Assembly (NCBI GenBank): GCA_963768055.1
Contig: CAVYGN010000001.1
Coordinates: 1,440,001-1,504,000, forward strand
Source: an uncultured Spirochaetota bacterium
GTDB taxonomy: Bacteria; Spirochaetota; Brevinematia; Brevinematales; JAOACQ01
Length of the DNA: 64,000 nucleotides
Direction of reading: 5' to 3'
In this document: positions 28,800 to 37,757 of the stretch, in pieces
Numbering within the stretch: the stretch's first letter is position 1
How the letters are laid out: each line of letters starts with the position of its first letter
Notes under the pieces: model-generated
What the model saw: the letters and a program-made list of their open reading frames with translations, nothing else
Database searches by the model: none
Told to the model about the DNA's origin: nothing
Position numbers and translations under genes: made by a program

Positions 28800-30104
28800 T
28801 TGAAAATGCCCCGGCTGTTAAGGATCCTCACAATAATTTTCCTTTTTTTAAATTTCGCTCTGCCGAAAGCCGGGACAAAAATAGGGAACTTTCCGCTTTA
28901 CCTGTCGGCCCTTCTTACTATTCTGGTCTTTCTCCCTCTGACTTTTTACCGGACCGTTAAGAATTACAGGGAAAGGGAAGAAAGATCGACCCTCATTTAT
29001 TTCATCTCCTTTTTACTGGTCTTTGCGCTGGATATTATTTTACAGGGTGTTCCTAGCCCTGCTTCAGCAATCTTCGATTCATATCTACCCTATTTTATCG
29101 CCTTATCATCGGTTTTTCTCATTTTTACGGCAAAATATACAGGCATCAAGGCCGAAGATTTCAAATTTATCATCCTTTGTTCTTTCTTCATTCTTACAAT
29201 ATACGGATTAGTGCAAAAAATATTCGGCGATATGAACACCATAATACCCGGGATCACTTTTAATTATTCTGAAGCGATTAATATATCCCCAAAACAAAGT
29301 TTAAATGTATGGGCAAAACACAATTTTGTAGAAGGGCTTAATTATCTCAAACTTTCTTCAACCTATCAGAACGGGAATCTGTTCGGCGTCAACTACATTT
29401 TAATTTCATGGTTCGCTTTTTATTTTTTAAAGGAGAGTAAAGGCTGGCTGCTTAAAACCGTTTACTATGCTTCAATATTATTATATATTATTATATGCTT
29501 CCTTACCGCTTCCGCAACAGTTTATATCGGCCTTATAGTATCGCTATCCCTTCTTTTTATATTAACCGTAATTGATATTATAAAATCAGGGGACCGCAAT
29601 AAAAAAATAAAGATAACCGCTCTTATAGCGGTGCCGGCGCTTCTTCTTATTACGGCAATTTTAATAATTAATAACGTCAGGGTATTTCATTCTTTGCTGT
29701 TTAACAGATTTCTCGGCAGGAATTTTCTTGGAAATGAAAGAGTTACCGATTTTTTAAGCTATATTAAATATTTGATCGAAAATAAGGGCTTGCTTCAGTT
29801 TTTGTTCGGTTCTTTTTTTAAAAATCCGAATAATACGGGGGGTTACGAAATAACACTCGTATATGTGTTTGTTAATTCCGGCATCATTTTTACTTTTCTT
29901 TTCATATCATATATTTTCATATTTATGAAAAAACTTAAATTTTCACTTTATAATATCGGTATCTTTTCTTATCTGGCAGCTTCGTTTATAGACGGGGGTT
30001 TCTGGCTGCCTCCAACCGCATTTTCCTTTTTCACGCTGATAGGCATCAGTCTTTATATTCTGCGGAAGCAAAGTGTCCCAATTCAAAAAATTGAAACCGC
30101 TTAA
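28800..30104 (+). CDS. polytopic membrane protein, O-antigen polymerase/ligase (Wzy/WaaL)-like
   Basis: About 11 TM helices; YGLVQ..SSTYQNGNLFG..LTAS pattern; AT-rich. Confidence 0.6.
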   Translation: MKMPRLLRILTIIFLFLNFALPKAGTKIGNFPLYLSALLTILVFLPLTFYRTVKNYREREERSTLIYFISFLLVFALDIILQGVPSPASAIFDSYLPYFIALSSVFLIFTAKYTGIKAEDFKFIILCSFFILTIYGLVQKIFGDMNTIIPGITFNYSEAINISPKQSLNVWAKHNFVEGLNYLKLSSTYQNGNLFGVNYILISWFAFYFLKESKGWLLKTVYYASILLYIIICFLTASATVYIGLIVSLSLLFILTVIDIIKSGDRNKKIKITALIAVPALLLITAILIINNVRVFHSLLFNRFLGRNFLGNERVTDFLSYIKYLIENKGLLQFLFGSFFKNPNNTGGYEITLVYVFVNSGIIFTFLFISYIFIFMKKLKFSLYNIGIFSYLAASFIDGGFWLPPTAFSFFTLIGISLYILRKQSVPIQKIETA

Positions 30105-30128
30105 TCTGCGGATAATTTAATCTTTTTT

Positions 30129-30292
30129 AAGGGCGCTTCTAATCCTTCGGCCCTACGGGCACAAGCCCTTCGGATAGGAGGAAGCGCACATGTCCAGGGG
30201 CCAGGCACCAGGGCCCATAGGGCTTGCATATAGAGTTAAATAGTAAGTTATTAGTAAAAATGGTAATATTTTGAGTTATCAGAACTGCCCTT
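30129..30292. mobile_element. MITE-like element with imperfect terminal inverted repeats
   Basis: Left end AAGGGCGCTTCTAAT, right end ATCAGAACTGCCCTT (rc AAGGGCAGTTCTGAT). No ORF; same termini family as 24605-24781. Confidence 0.5.
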
Positions 30293-30310
30293 CATTAAAA
30301 AATCTGTAAT

Positions 30311-30338
30311 AAATAAGGGCTGTCGTGAAGACAGCCCC
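30311..30338 (-). terminator. rho-independent terminator of flaB
   Basis: GGGCTGTC-TTCAC-GACAGCCC hairpin followed by TTATTT on the minus strand. Confidence 0.75.
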
Positions 30339-30352
30339 CATGTTAAGATTGC

Positions 30353-31225
30353 TTATCTTAAAAGCTGCAGCATCAATTGCGGCTTTTGATTGGCCTGCGA
30401 CAACATTGCTGTCGCTGCCTGGGATAGGATCTGAGATCTGACGAAGTTTGACATCTCTTCCGCCATGTCAGAATCCCTTATCCTGGATTCGGCGGATTGA
30501 AGGTTCTCGTAGCCGACCATCAAACCTACAGACGCCTTTTCAAGCCTGTTCTGGTAAGCGCCCATATCAGCTCTCTGCTTTGACACTTTTGTAAGAGCAA
30601 GATCCACCATACCGATGCTCATGTTCGCTTTATCTGGCGTCGAAATGCTGATAAAGGAAGCGCTAAGGGCGTTGCCGACGGGAGACTTCAACCCGAGTCC
30701 CTGCGAATTCATCGTTCCTACATACAGCCTGGTTCTCTGGTCCATGTTCGCTCCCATATGAAGCCAGATACTTGCCATAACGGTATTTTCTCCGGTAGGC
30801 CTTGCGAATCTACCGGTTAACATGTTCATACCGTTAAACTGGGCATGACTCGCGATCCTGTCGACTTCCGCGATTAGTTCGGAAACTTCGACCTGGATCT
30901 GCATCCTGTCTTCCGTGCTGTAAATACCGTTGGCTGCCTGGACTGCCAGTTCCCTGATACGCTGGAGAATAGTGTGGGTTTCCTCAAGATACCCTTCAGC
31001 GGTCTGAAGGAACGATACACCGTCCATTACGTTCATTTGGGCCCTTTTCAAGCCCTGGATCTGGCTGCGCATCTTTTCAGAAACGGCCAGTCCTGAAGCG
31101 TCATCACCCGCCCGGTTGATGCGCATACCTGAGGAGAGTTTTTCAATGCCTTTGTCGCTATCTCTGCTGTTGATAGACAGCTGTCTTTGCGTAAAGATGG
31201 CACTGATGTTGTGGTTGATAATCAT
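30353..31225 (-). CDS. flaB: flagellar filament core protein FlaB (spirochaete type)
   Basis: [52 protein letters not shown] and [11 protein letters not shown]. Confidence 0.97.
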   Translation of the reverse strand: MIINHNISAIFTQRQLSINSRDSDKGIEKLSSGMRINRAGDDASGLAVSEKMRSQIQGLKRAQMNVMDGVSFLQTAEGYLEETHTILQRIRELAVQAANGIYSTEDRMQIQVEVSELIAEVDRIASHAQFNGMNMLTGRFARPTGENTVMASIWLHMGANMDQRTRLYVGTMNSQGLGLKSPVGNALSASFISISTPDKANMSIGMVDLALTKVSKQRADMGAYQNRLEKASVGLMVGYENLQSAESRIRDSDMAEEMSNFVRSQILSQAATAMLSQANQKPQLMLQLLR

Positions 31226-31227
31226 GA

Positions 31228-31267
31228 CATCCTCCTTGATAATTTTTGAGAACATCCTTGTTCTCAA
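31228..31267 (-). promoter_or_regulatory. CsrA-binding leader of flaB
   Basis: Hairpin TTGAGAAC-AAGGAT-GTTCTCAA with AGGA in the loop, plus a second CAAGGAGGATG site overlapping the SD. Confidence 0.75.
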
Positions 31268-31438
31268 CTTAATATTAATTTCGGAGATTTCCTGATTTTG
31301 ATTAGCAATAACAGGAATTTTTTATCGATTGGAAAACATATTGCAGCCGAGGATTTGAGGAATGACCCGATTACTATACGGGAGTATATATTTTAGATAT
31401 ATTGGTTGACTTTTATCTTCTATCCCGGTTAAAATAAT

Positions 31439-31513
31439 TCGGGCTGGAGGGATTTGAACCCTCGGCTTCTTGGTCCCGAACCAAGCGCGCTAGCCAAACT
31501 GCGCTACAGCCCG
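31439..31513 (-). tRNA. tRNA-Pro(CGG)
   Basis: Reverse complement CGGGCTGTAGCGCAGTTTGGCTAGCGCGCTTGGTT-CGG-GACCAAGAAGCCGAGGGTTCAAATCCCTCCAGCCCGA. Confidence 0.95.
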
Positions 31514-31619
31514 AAAAACAGCAGCCAAGATTTTAATACGGATATTTTTATTTATCAATTTTTTGGTCCTGCACCCCGGCAATTTAAAAATATAATTTGG
31601 CTATAAAAGGAGTAATTAT

Positions 31620-32813
31620 TTGAACAAAGAAAATAAAATCAAATTATTAGCCTTTGTTGTACTTGCCGGTTTCTCTTTAAGCGTTGCCATGAGCTATATC
31701 ATGGGCGCTTACCTTAACGCTCCCCATCCATACGACACTTTTTTAGTTATCCCCTCTGCAAAATTCAACGATTTTTTTGAAACCGTTCATTATTCTTCAA
31801 ATTTAAATCCCTACCTTTTCAGAGATCCTTACCCGGCAATAAACTATTTCCCTTTCGATTATGTCATTGGATTTGTTTTTTCGATTTTTAGCCCGGGGAT
31901 AGCCTTTACACTATTTTTAATTCTATCTGCGACGTCATTTCTGTATTTTAATATTACATTTTTTAGAACATCCGATAAAACCGCCGATTTTTTGACAATA
32001 TTTATACTCACATTTCTATCGTATCCATTATTGCTCGCAATTGATAGGGGGAATTTTGAAATTATCCTGTTTCTTTTTCTGGGTTTTTTCCTTATTTTTT
32101 ACATCAAGGATAAATGGTATTTATGCGCCGTCTTTTTGGGGGCCGCAATCGCGATGAAGGCCTTTCCGGTTCTTCTGCTTATCCTGTTTATTTATACAAA
32201 AAAGTATAAAGAGGCCGCTTTTTGTATTACCGTAGCCTTTTTATTGAATTTTATTCCTCTTTTATTTTTTCAGGGCGGACCGTTCGATAATTTTAAAAGA
32301 ATGTACATAAATATGCGATTATATATGGATACATACGCAGTCGGCGACGAGGGGCTTGATTACGGATGTTCCTTGTTCGGTATGATCAAGGCTTTCCTTT
32401 ATCAATTCAATATAACCTCGGATATCAAGCTTGCGCTAAAACTTTATAATTATTTTGCACTGATAGCCGGCGTCTTAATTATCGGATATCTTATTGTTGT
32501 AAAAATGCCTTTGTGGAAAAAAGCCGCGGTAATAGTTATCCTGATGTTACTGTTAACACCCGTTTCAGCCAGTTATAAGCTTTTGAGCATATTCATTCCT
32601 ATTTATCTTTTCGTCAGGGAACAAGAATCGAATAAAGGCGATACAATATTCATAATTATATTCTCTTTGCTCTTAATACCTAAAAACATACGATTTATTC
32701 ATAGCCTCTACGGCGGCGTTATAATCGACCCAATCCTGATGCTTGGTTTACTGGTACTATTATTATCCCGATACGGCGAGGCCGCATCGCCGAAAATACC
32801 GTTGCATGCCTGA
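31620..32813 (+). CDS. GT87/DUF2029 family membrane glycosyltransferase (GT-C)
   Basis: FNDFF..NPY..NYFP, SYPLLLAIDRGN and AIAMKAFP; multi-TM; TTG start with AGGAG SD. Confidence 0.75.
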   Translation: MNKENKIKLLAFVVLAGFSLSVAMSYIMGAYLNAPHPYDTFLVIPSAKFNDFFETVHYSSNLNPYLFRDPYPAINYFPFDYVIGFVFSIFSPGIAFTLFLILSATSFLYFNITFFRTSDKTADFLTIFILTFLSYPLLLAIDRGNFEIILFLFLGFFLIFYIKDKWYLCAVFLGAAIAMKAFPVLLLILFIYTKKYKEAAFCITVAFLLNFIPLLFFQGGPFDNFKRMYINMRLYMDTYAVGDEGLDYGCSLFGMIKAFLYQFNITSDIKLALKLYNYFALIAGVLIIGYLIVVKMPLWKKAAVIVILMLLLTPVSASYKLLSIFIPIYLFVREQESNKGDTIFIIIFSLLLIPKNIRFIHSLYGGVIIDPILMLGLLVLLLSRYGEAASPKIPLHA

Positions 32814-32835
32814 TAATCGTATAGTAACTTTTCTT

Positions 32836-32876
32836 TTGACATATTTTTTGACATAATGGCAAAATAGTAATAAACT
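32836..32876 (+). promoter_or_regulatory. sigma70-type promoter with duplicated TTTTGACATA
   Basis: TTGACA at 32836 and 32848; the second is followed by N17-TAAACT. Confidence 0.5.
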
Positions 32877-32886
32877 GGAATTCTTC

Positions 32887-32955
32887 AGTCAACAGTCATT
32901 AGTCGAAAGTCAACAGATAGTGCGTCTGTAGGATGTTGACTAACGACTGTAGACT
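32887..32955. repeat. AGTCNNN heptamer tandem repeats in inverted arms
   Basis: agtcaac agtcatt agtcgaa agtcaac ... gttgact aacgact gtagact. Confidence 0.7.
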
Positions 32956-32971
32956 ATAGAGGAGGTTTTTC

Positions 32972-33526
32972 ATGCTGCCCGATATTAACAATATAGCCAG
33001 AAGGATCAAAGAATTGAGGGATATCAACGGCGTTTCGCTTGAAAGCCTTGCCAGGGAATTTAAGGTTGATATCGATGAATATCAAAAATACGAAAGCGGA
33101 GAATCGGATATCCCGATCGGGTTCCTGTTCAGGATAGCGGGAAAATTCAATATAGATATGACGGCCCTTTTGACCGGAGAGGAACCCAAACTTAAGATGT
33201 TCAGCGTTGTACGAAAAAACAGGGGCGTATCGGTCGACAGGAGAAAAGAATATAAATACCAGGATCTCGCATATAACTTTATCGATAAAAAAGCGGAAGT
33301 TTTCATGGTTACGGTAGAACCTAAGAATGACGAAGCCTTGCCGTCATTTTATTCTCATGACGGACAGGAGTATAATTATATTATCGAAGGTACGCTCAAG
33401 GTGTTCATCGGTCCGCACGAAGTAACCCTTGAAGAAGGGGACAGCCTGTTTTTCAATTCGGGTTATAAACATGCAATGATAGCCCTTAACAATAAAATTG
33501 TCAGGTTCCTGGCGGTCGTATTGTAA
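32972..33526 (+). CDS. XRE-family HTH regulator with cupin domain
   Basis: RIKELR..YESGESDIP and HDGQEYNYIIEG..GDSLFFNS..H. Confidence 0.9.
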   Translation: MLPDINNIARRIKELRDINGVSLESLAREFKVDIDEYQKYESGESDIPIGFLFRIAGKFNIDMTALLTGEEPKLKMFSVVRKNRGVSVDRRKEYKYQDLAYNFIDKKAEVFMVTVEPKNDEALPSFYSHDGQEYNYIIEGTLKVFIGPHEVTLEEGDSLFFNSGYKHAMIALNNKIVRFLAVVL

Positions 33527-33556
33527 TAATTATATTTTTTAATAAGGAAGGTCAAT

Positions 33557-35218
33557 ATGCTGGACAAATATCTCGCAAATACGAATTTCAAAGATTATGA
33601 GGATTTTTATAATAATTTCAGGATCAAAATCCCGGATAATTTCAATTTCGCTTACGATATAGTCGACGAATGGGCAAAAAGCGACCCTGACAAAACCGCC
33701 CTTGTATGGTGCGATGACAACGGCCGCGAGGCGAAATTCTCTTTCGCTATGCTCAGGGATCAGTCGAGCAGGACAGCCGCTTTTTTCACTTCAATAGGAA
33801 TAAAAAAAGGCGATCCTGTCATGCTGATACTTAAAAGGCGCTATCAATTCTGGTTTTGCATGCTGGCCCTCCATAAAATCGGCGCAGTCGCTATACCCGC
33901 CACACATCTTCTGACCTCTAAAGATATAATTTACAGGAATAACGCGGCTGATATCAAGATGATCGTCTCAGTGGGAGATATCGAGGTCCTCGATCATGTC
34001 GATGAAGCCTCGCCAAAGTCGCCGACTCTCAAAATAAAGGTGAAAATAGAAGGTGAAAACCGGGAAGGATGGTATGACTTTGACAGCGGGATCTCGAAAT
34101 TTGAACCGAAATTCGAACGCCCTGCCGGCCCCGAAGCGATAAAGAACAGCGATATGTTCCTGCTTTACTTTACATCGGGAACAACAGGTATGCCTAAAAT
34201 GGTAGCTCACAACTTTACTTACCCCCTCGCTCATATAATTACATCGAAATACTGGCAGAACGTAAGGGATAACGGGCTTCACCTTACAGTTTCCGATACA
34301 GGGTGGGCAAAGGCGGCATGGGGGAAGATCTACGGCCAATGGATATGCGGAAGCGCGGTATTTGTGTACGATTACGGCACAAAGTTCAAACCCAAAGACC
34401 TGCTCGGCATTATCGAAAAATACGGGATCACCTCTTTCTGCGCTCCGCCGACCATTTACAGGTATCTGATCAAGGAGGACCTGACCCTTTTCAACTTTTC
34501 GAAACTCGAATACTGCACCGTGGCGGGAGAGCCTCTTAATCCCGAAGTCTATACGCGTTTCCTGGAGCAGACCGGTTTAAAATTGATGGAGGGTTACGGT
34601 CAAACCGAGCTCGTTGTAAGTATAGCCAATTTCAAGGGAATGGAACCCAAACCCGGATCTATGGGAAAGCCGTCTCCGGGATACGATATAAGGCTTCTAA
34701 ACGACGAAGGAAAATCATGCGAAATAGGAGAGGAAGGGCAGATAACGGTAAAGACCGATATAAATAAACCATGGGGAATATTTGACGGATATTACCGTGA
34801 CAGTGATCTTACTAAAAAATCCTGGCATGACGGTTTTTATTATACGGGCGATATGGCCTGGAGGGACGAGGACGGTTTCTTCTGGTTCGTAGGAAGGGCA
34901 GACGATCTTATAAAGAGTTCCGGCTACAGAATCGGACCGTTTGAAATTGAGAGCGCTCTTCTTGAGCACCCGGCTGTAATGGAATGCGCTATAACCGGGG
35001 TACCTGACCCCGACAGGGGCCAGGTGGTGAAGGCTACCGTAACCCTTGCCAAGGGTTATACTCCCAGCGATGAACTTAAAACCGAACTGCAGGAGCATGT
35101 TAAAAAGGTGACCGCCCCTTATAAATATCCAAGGATAATAGAATTCGTTAACGAATTGCCGAAAACCATAAGCGGCAAGATCCGCAGGGTTGAGATAAGG
35201 GAATCCGATATAGAATAA
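33557..35218 (+). CDS. AMP-forming acyl-CoA synthetase
   Basis: [39 protein letters not shown] and LPKTISGKI. Confidence 0.93.
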   Translation: MLDKYLANTNFKDYEDFYNNFRIKIPDNFNFAYDIVDEWAKSDPDKTALVWCDDNGREAKFSFAMLRDQSSRTAAFFTSIGIKKGDPVMLILKRRYQFWFCMLALHKIGAVAIPATHLLTSKDIIYRNNAADIKMIVSVGDIEVLDHVDEASPKSPTLKIKVKIEGENREGWYDFDSGISKFEPKFERPAGPEAIKNSDMFLLYFTSGTTGMPKMVAHNFTYPLAHIITSKYWQNVRDNGLHLTVSDTGWAKAAWGKIYGQWICGSAVFVYDYGTKFKPKDLLGIIEKYGITSFCAPPTIYRYLIKEDLTLFNFSKLEYCTVAGEPLNPEVYTRFLEQTGLKLMEGYGQTELVVSIANFKGMEPKPGSMGKPSPGYDIRLLNDEGKSCEIGEEGQITVKTDINKPWGIFDGYYRDSDLTKKSWHDGFYYTGDMAWRDEDGFFWFVGRADDLIKSSGYRIGPFEIESALLEHPAVMECAITGVPDPDRGQVVKATVTLAKGYTPSDELKTELQEHVKKVTAPYKYPRIIEFVNELPKTISGKIRRVEIRESDIE

Positions 35219-35228
35219 TTGATGGAAC

Positions 35229-35254
35229 CACAGATTCCACAGATTAGCACAGAT
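35229..35254. repeat. CACAGAT(T) short tandem repeat x3
   Basis: cacagatt c cacagatt ag cacagat. Confidence 0.6.
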
Positions 35255-35371
35255 CTATAGTATTATAAATATCAGTTAAACTAATTGACAGAGCTAGAGA
35301 TTATCATATCTTCTATAAGTCTGGACTGGGCCTTCGAAAGCGTCAAGCCAATTAATAAAAGGGGGCAGTTC

Positions 35372-37732
35372 ATGAAGAAAACTATTGTAAAATTATTTAC
35401 CGCCGTGCTGTTTTTTTTTATTCCGCTTATGTTGCCGGCCATGGATCTTTTCGAAGCCGCTACAAAGGGAAATACCGGTTTTATATCATCATATATTAAA
35501 AGCGGCGGCAATATAAATATAACTGATAATAGCACTGAAACGGCTTTAATGCTGGCCGCCCGTTTCGGCCATGCTGACTGTGTAAAACTGCTGATTGAAG
35601 CCAAAGCCGATATCAATGCTAAGGATAATGGCGACTGCACTGCTTTGATGTACGCTGCGGATTCAGGAAATGCTGAAAGTGTAAAGCTTTTGATCGACGC
35701 TAAAGTCAAGAATGTCAATGCAAAATCTAGGTATGGTAAGACGGCCTTAATGTGTGCTGCCCAATCCGGCCTCACTGACTGTGTAAAACTGTTGATTGAA
35801 GCCAGAGCCACTGTCAATGCTAAGGATAATGGCGACTGGACTGCTTTGATGTATGCTTCCTTGGGGACTAACTATATAGGAAATGCGGACGCGGTTAAAG
35901 CGTTAATCTCGGCGGGGGCCAATGTCAATGCTAAGAATAATGCCGGCCAGATTGCTTTGATGTGTGCAGCTGGGTTAGGGAATGCGGACGCGGTTAAAGC
36001 GTTAATCTCGGCGGGGGCCAATGTCAATGCTAAGGATAATGGCTACCGGACTGCTTTGATGAGTGCCGCGGATTCAGGAAATGCCGATTGTATAAAGCTT
36101 TTGATCGACGCTAAAGTCAAGAATGTCAATGCAAAGGATGAAATAGGTTTTACGGCTTTAATGTATGCTGCGGATTCAGGAAATTCTGAAATTGTAAAAC
36201 TGCTGATCGACGTTAATGCCGATGTCAATGCAAAGGATCTTGATGATGACACAGCATTGATGTATGCAATTACTTCAAAAAAAAATCCCGCCGAATGCGT
36301 TAAACTGCTTCTTGCCGCGGGGGCCGATTTCAAATGCAAGAACAGCTTATACAACCGCTTAAATTTTTATGGAACGGCTCTGGAGATAGCTGAACAGATG
36401 GTTGGTGAATCATCATATGAAAATAATCCCGGCATCGATATAGTCAGACTCCTTATCGGCGCCGGGGAAGTTGAGAATATATATAATGCAGCAATAATCG
36501 GCGATACGAACTTCATTAAATCATATATAAAAAAGGGAAAGAATATAAATGATAAATACTATTTCAAAGGTGTTCTTACTACAGCTTTTTCATCCCCGTT
36601 AATCGTAGCGGCTTCACTCGGCCGGGCGGATTGCGTGAGACTTTTTATCGATGCAGGGGCAAATTTGAATGAAACTAATTTGAATGGTACGGCTTTATTT
36701 CATGCCGTCTTATATAATCATCCCGACTGCTTAAAACTTTTGATCGGCGCCGAAGCAGACCCTTATATTGGCCCGGATCCACTTTCTGCAGCTTCTGAAA
36801 ATGGCTATTCGGACTGTATGAAGCTTCTGATAAATCCCGCCAGTATAAAAAAATTCGGCACTGACGCCCTGTGCGGTGCGCGCAATGTCGATTGCCTCAA
36901 ACTGCTCGTCGATGCGGGGGCCGATGTTAATGGCGTAAACAAAGACGGATTGAGGCCTTTAGTTTATTTTTCAACCAGTTCGTTAAGCGCAGATTCGAGA
37001 ATTTTGAATTACATCATCAAATCGGGAGCCGATGTCAAAAAATACGGAGGAGAGGCCCTGACAAGGGTCTTCAGTTATAATTTATCTAAGCACCCAGGGC
37101 CGAGTTCAATTCATATCGAAACTCCCGGGCAGCGCTATGAAGAAAAAGAAATGACGGAAAAAGAAGCTGAAGAATTTGCTGAAAAACATCCGCTGTGGAA
37201 TACTCGTGAAGTTATTGACGATGACAGATTTTCCGCACCTATGGTAAAACTCCTGTTAATTGCAGGCGCCGATCCGAATTATCGGGATAAATCGGGCAAA
37301 TGCGTTATGGATCTTGCCGAGGATCATATCGCGGCATACTGCATGAGCTTATTAGCCGGCGCGGGCGCTAAAAAAGCCCCTTCGTCAATTTATTTTAGCG
37401 GCGGCATAACATTGCCGGTTAAAAATATTAATAATTCGGAAGATATTTTTCTTGCAGGCATAATCAACGATACCGGCTTTATCGACTCTTACATAAAGAG
37501 CGGCGGAGATGTAAATGCTCTTGATTTTTATGGAGATACGGCCCTGATCCGGGCTTCCGAATATAACAACAAAGACTGCATCAAGAAGCTGCTAAATGCC
37601 GGGGCCGATCCCAACATAGCGAATCAATTGGCAAAGACTGCCCTGCTTTATGCCCAGCAAAACAAGGATGATGAAACGGTTTCATTATTAAAAAATGCCG
37701 GGGCTACAAATACTATACTGCCTGGTTTTTAG
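35372..37732 (+). CDS. secreted ankyrin-repeat protein
   Basis: Signal peptide MKKTIVKLFTAVLFFFIPLMLPA and many TALMxAA..G..DCVKLLI.A.A.VNAKD repeats. Confidence 0.92.
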   Translation: MKKTIVKLFTAVLFFFIPLMLPAMDLFEAATKGNTGFISSYIKSGGNINITDNSTETALMLAARFGHADCVKLLIEAKADINAKDNGDCTALMYAADSGNAESVKLLIDAKVKNVNAKSRYGKTALMCAAQSGLTDCVKLLIEARATVNAKDNGDWTALMYASLGTNYIGNADAVKALISAGANVNAKNNAGQIALMCAAGLGNADAVKALISAGANVNAKDNGYRTALMSAADSGNADCIKLLIDAKVKNVNAKDEIGFTALMYAADSGNSEIVKLLIDVNADVNAKDLDDDTALMYAITSKKNPAECVKLLLAAGADFKCKNSLYNRLNFYGTALEIAEQMVGESSYENNPGIDIVRLLIGAGEVENIYNAAIIGDTNFIKSYIKKGKNINDKYYFKGVLTTAFSSPLIVAASLGRADCVRLFIDAGANLNETNLNGTALFHAVLYNHPDCLKLLIGAEADPYIGPDPLSAASENGYSDCMKLLINPASIKKFGTDALCGARNVDCLKLLVDAGADVNGVNKDGLRPLVYFSTSSLSADSRILNYIIKSGADVKKYGGEALTRVFSYNLSKHPGPSSIHIETPGQRYEEKEMTEKEAEEFAEKHPLWNTREVIDDDRFSAPMVKLLLIAGADPNYRDKSGKCVMDLAEDHIAAYCMSLLAGAGAKKAPSSIYFSGGITLPVKNINNSEDIFLAGIINDTGFIDSYIKSGGDVNALDFYGDTALIRASEYNNKDCIKKLLNAGADPNIANQLAKTALLYAQQNKDDETVSLLKNAGATNTILPGF

Positions 37733-37757
37733 GACCGCCTCCGGGTCGGGAAGGTTG

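Noticed and set aside
31406..31435. TTGACT-N18-TAAAAT promoter pointing antisense into tRNA-Pro
   Set aside because: The spacing is suboptimal in AT-rich DNA and it cannot be distinguished from chance without TSS data.
35540..36270. Ankyrin DNA repeats as a CRISPR array or DGR template/variable repeat
   Set aside because: The repeats are in-frame 99/102-bp coding units, differences are not adenine-specific, and no cas or reverse transcriptase gene is in the window.
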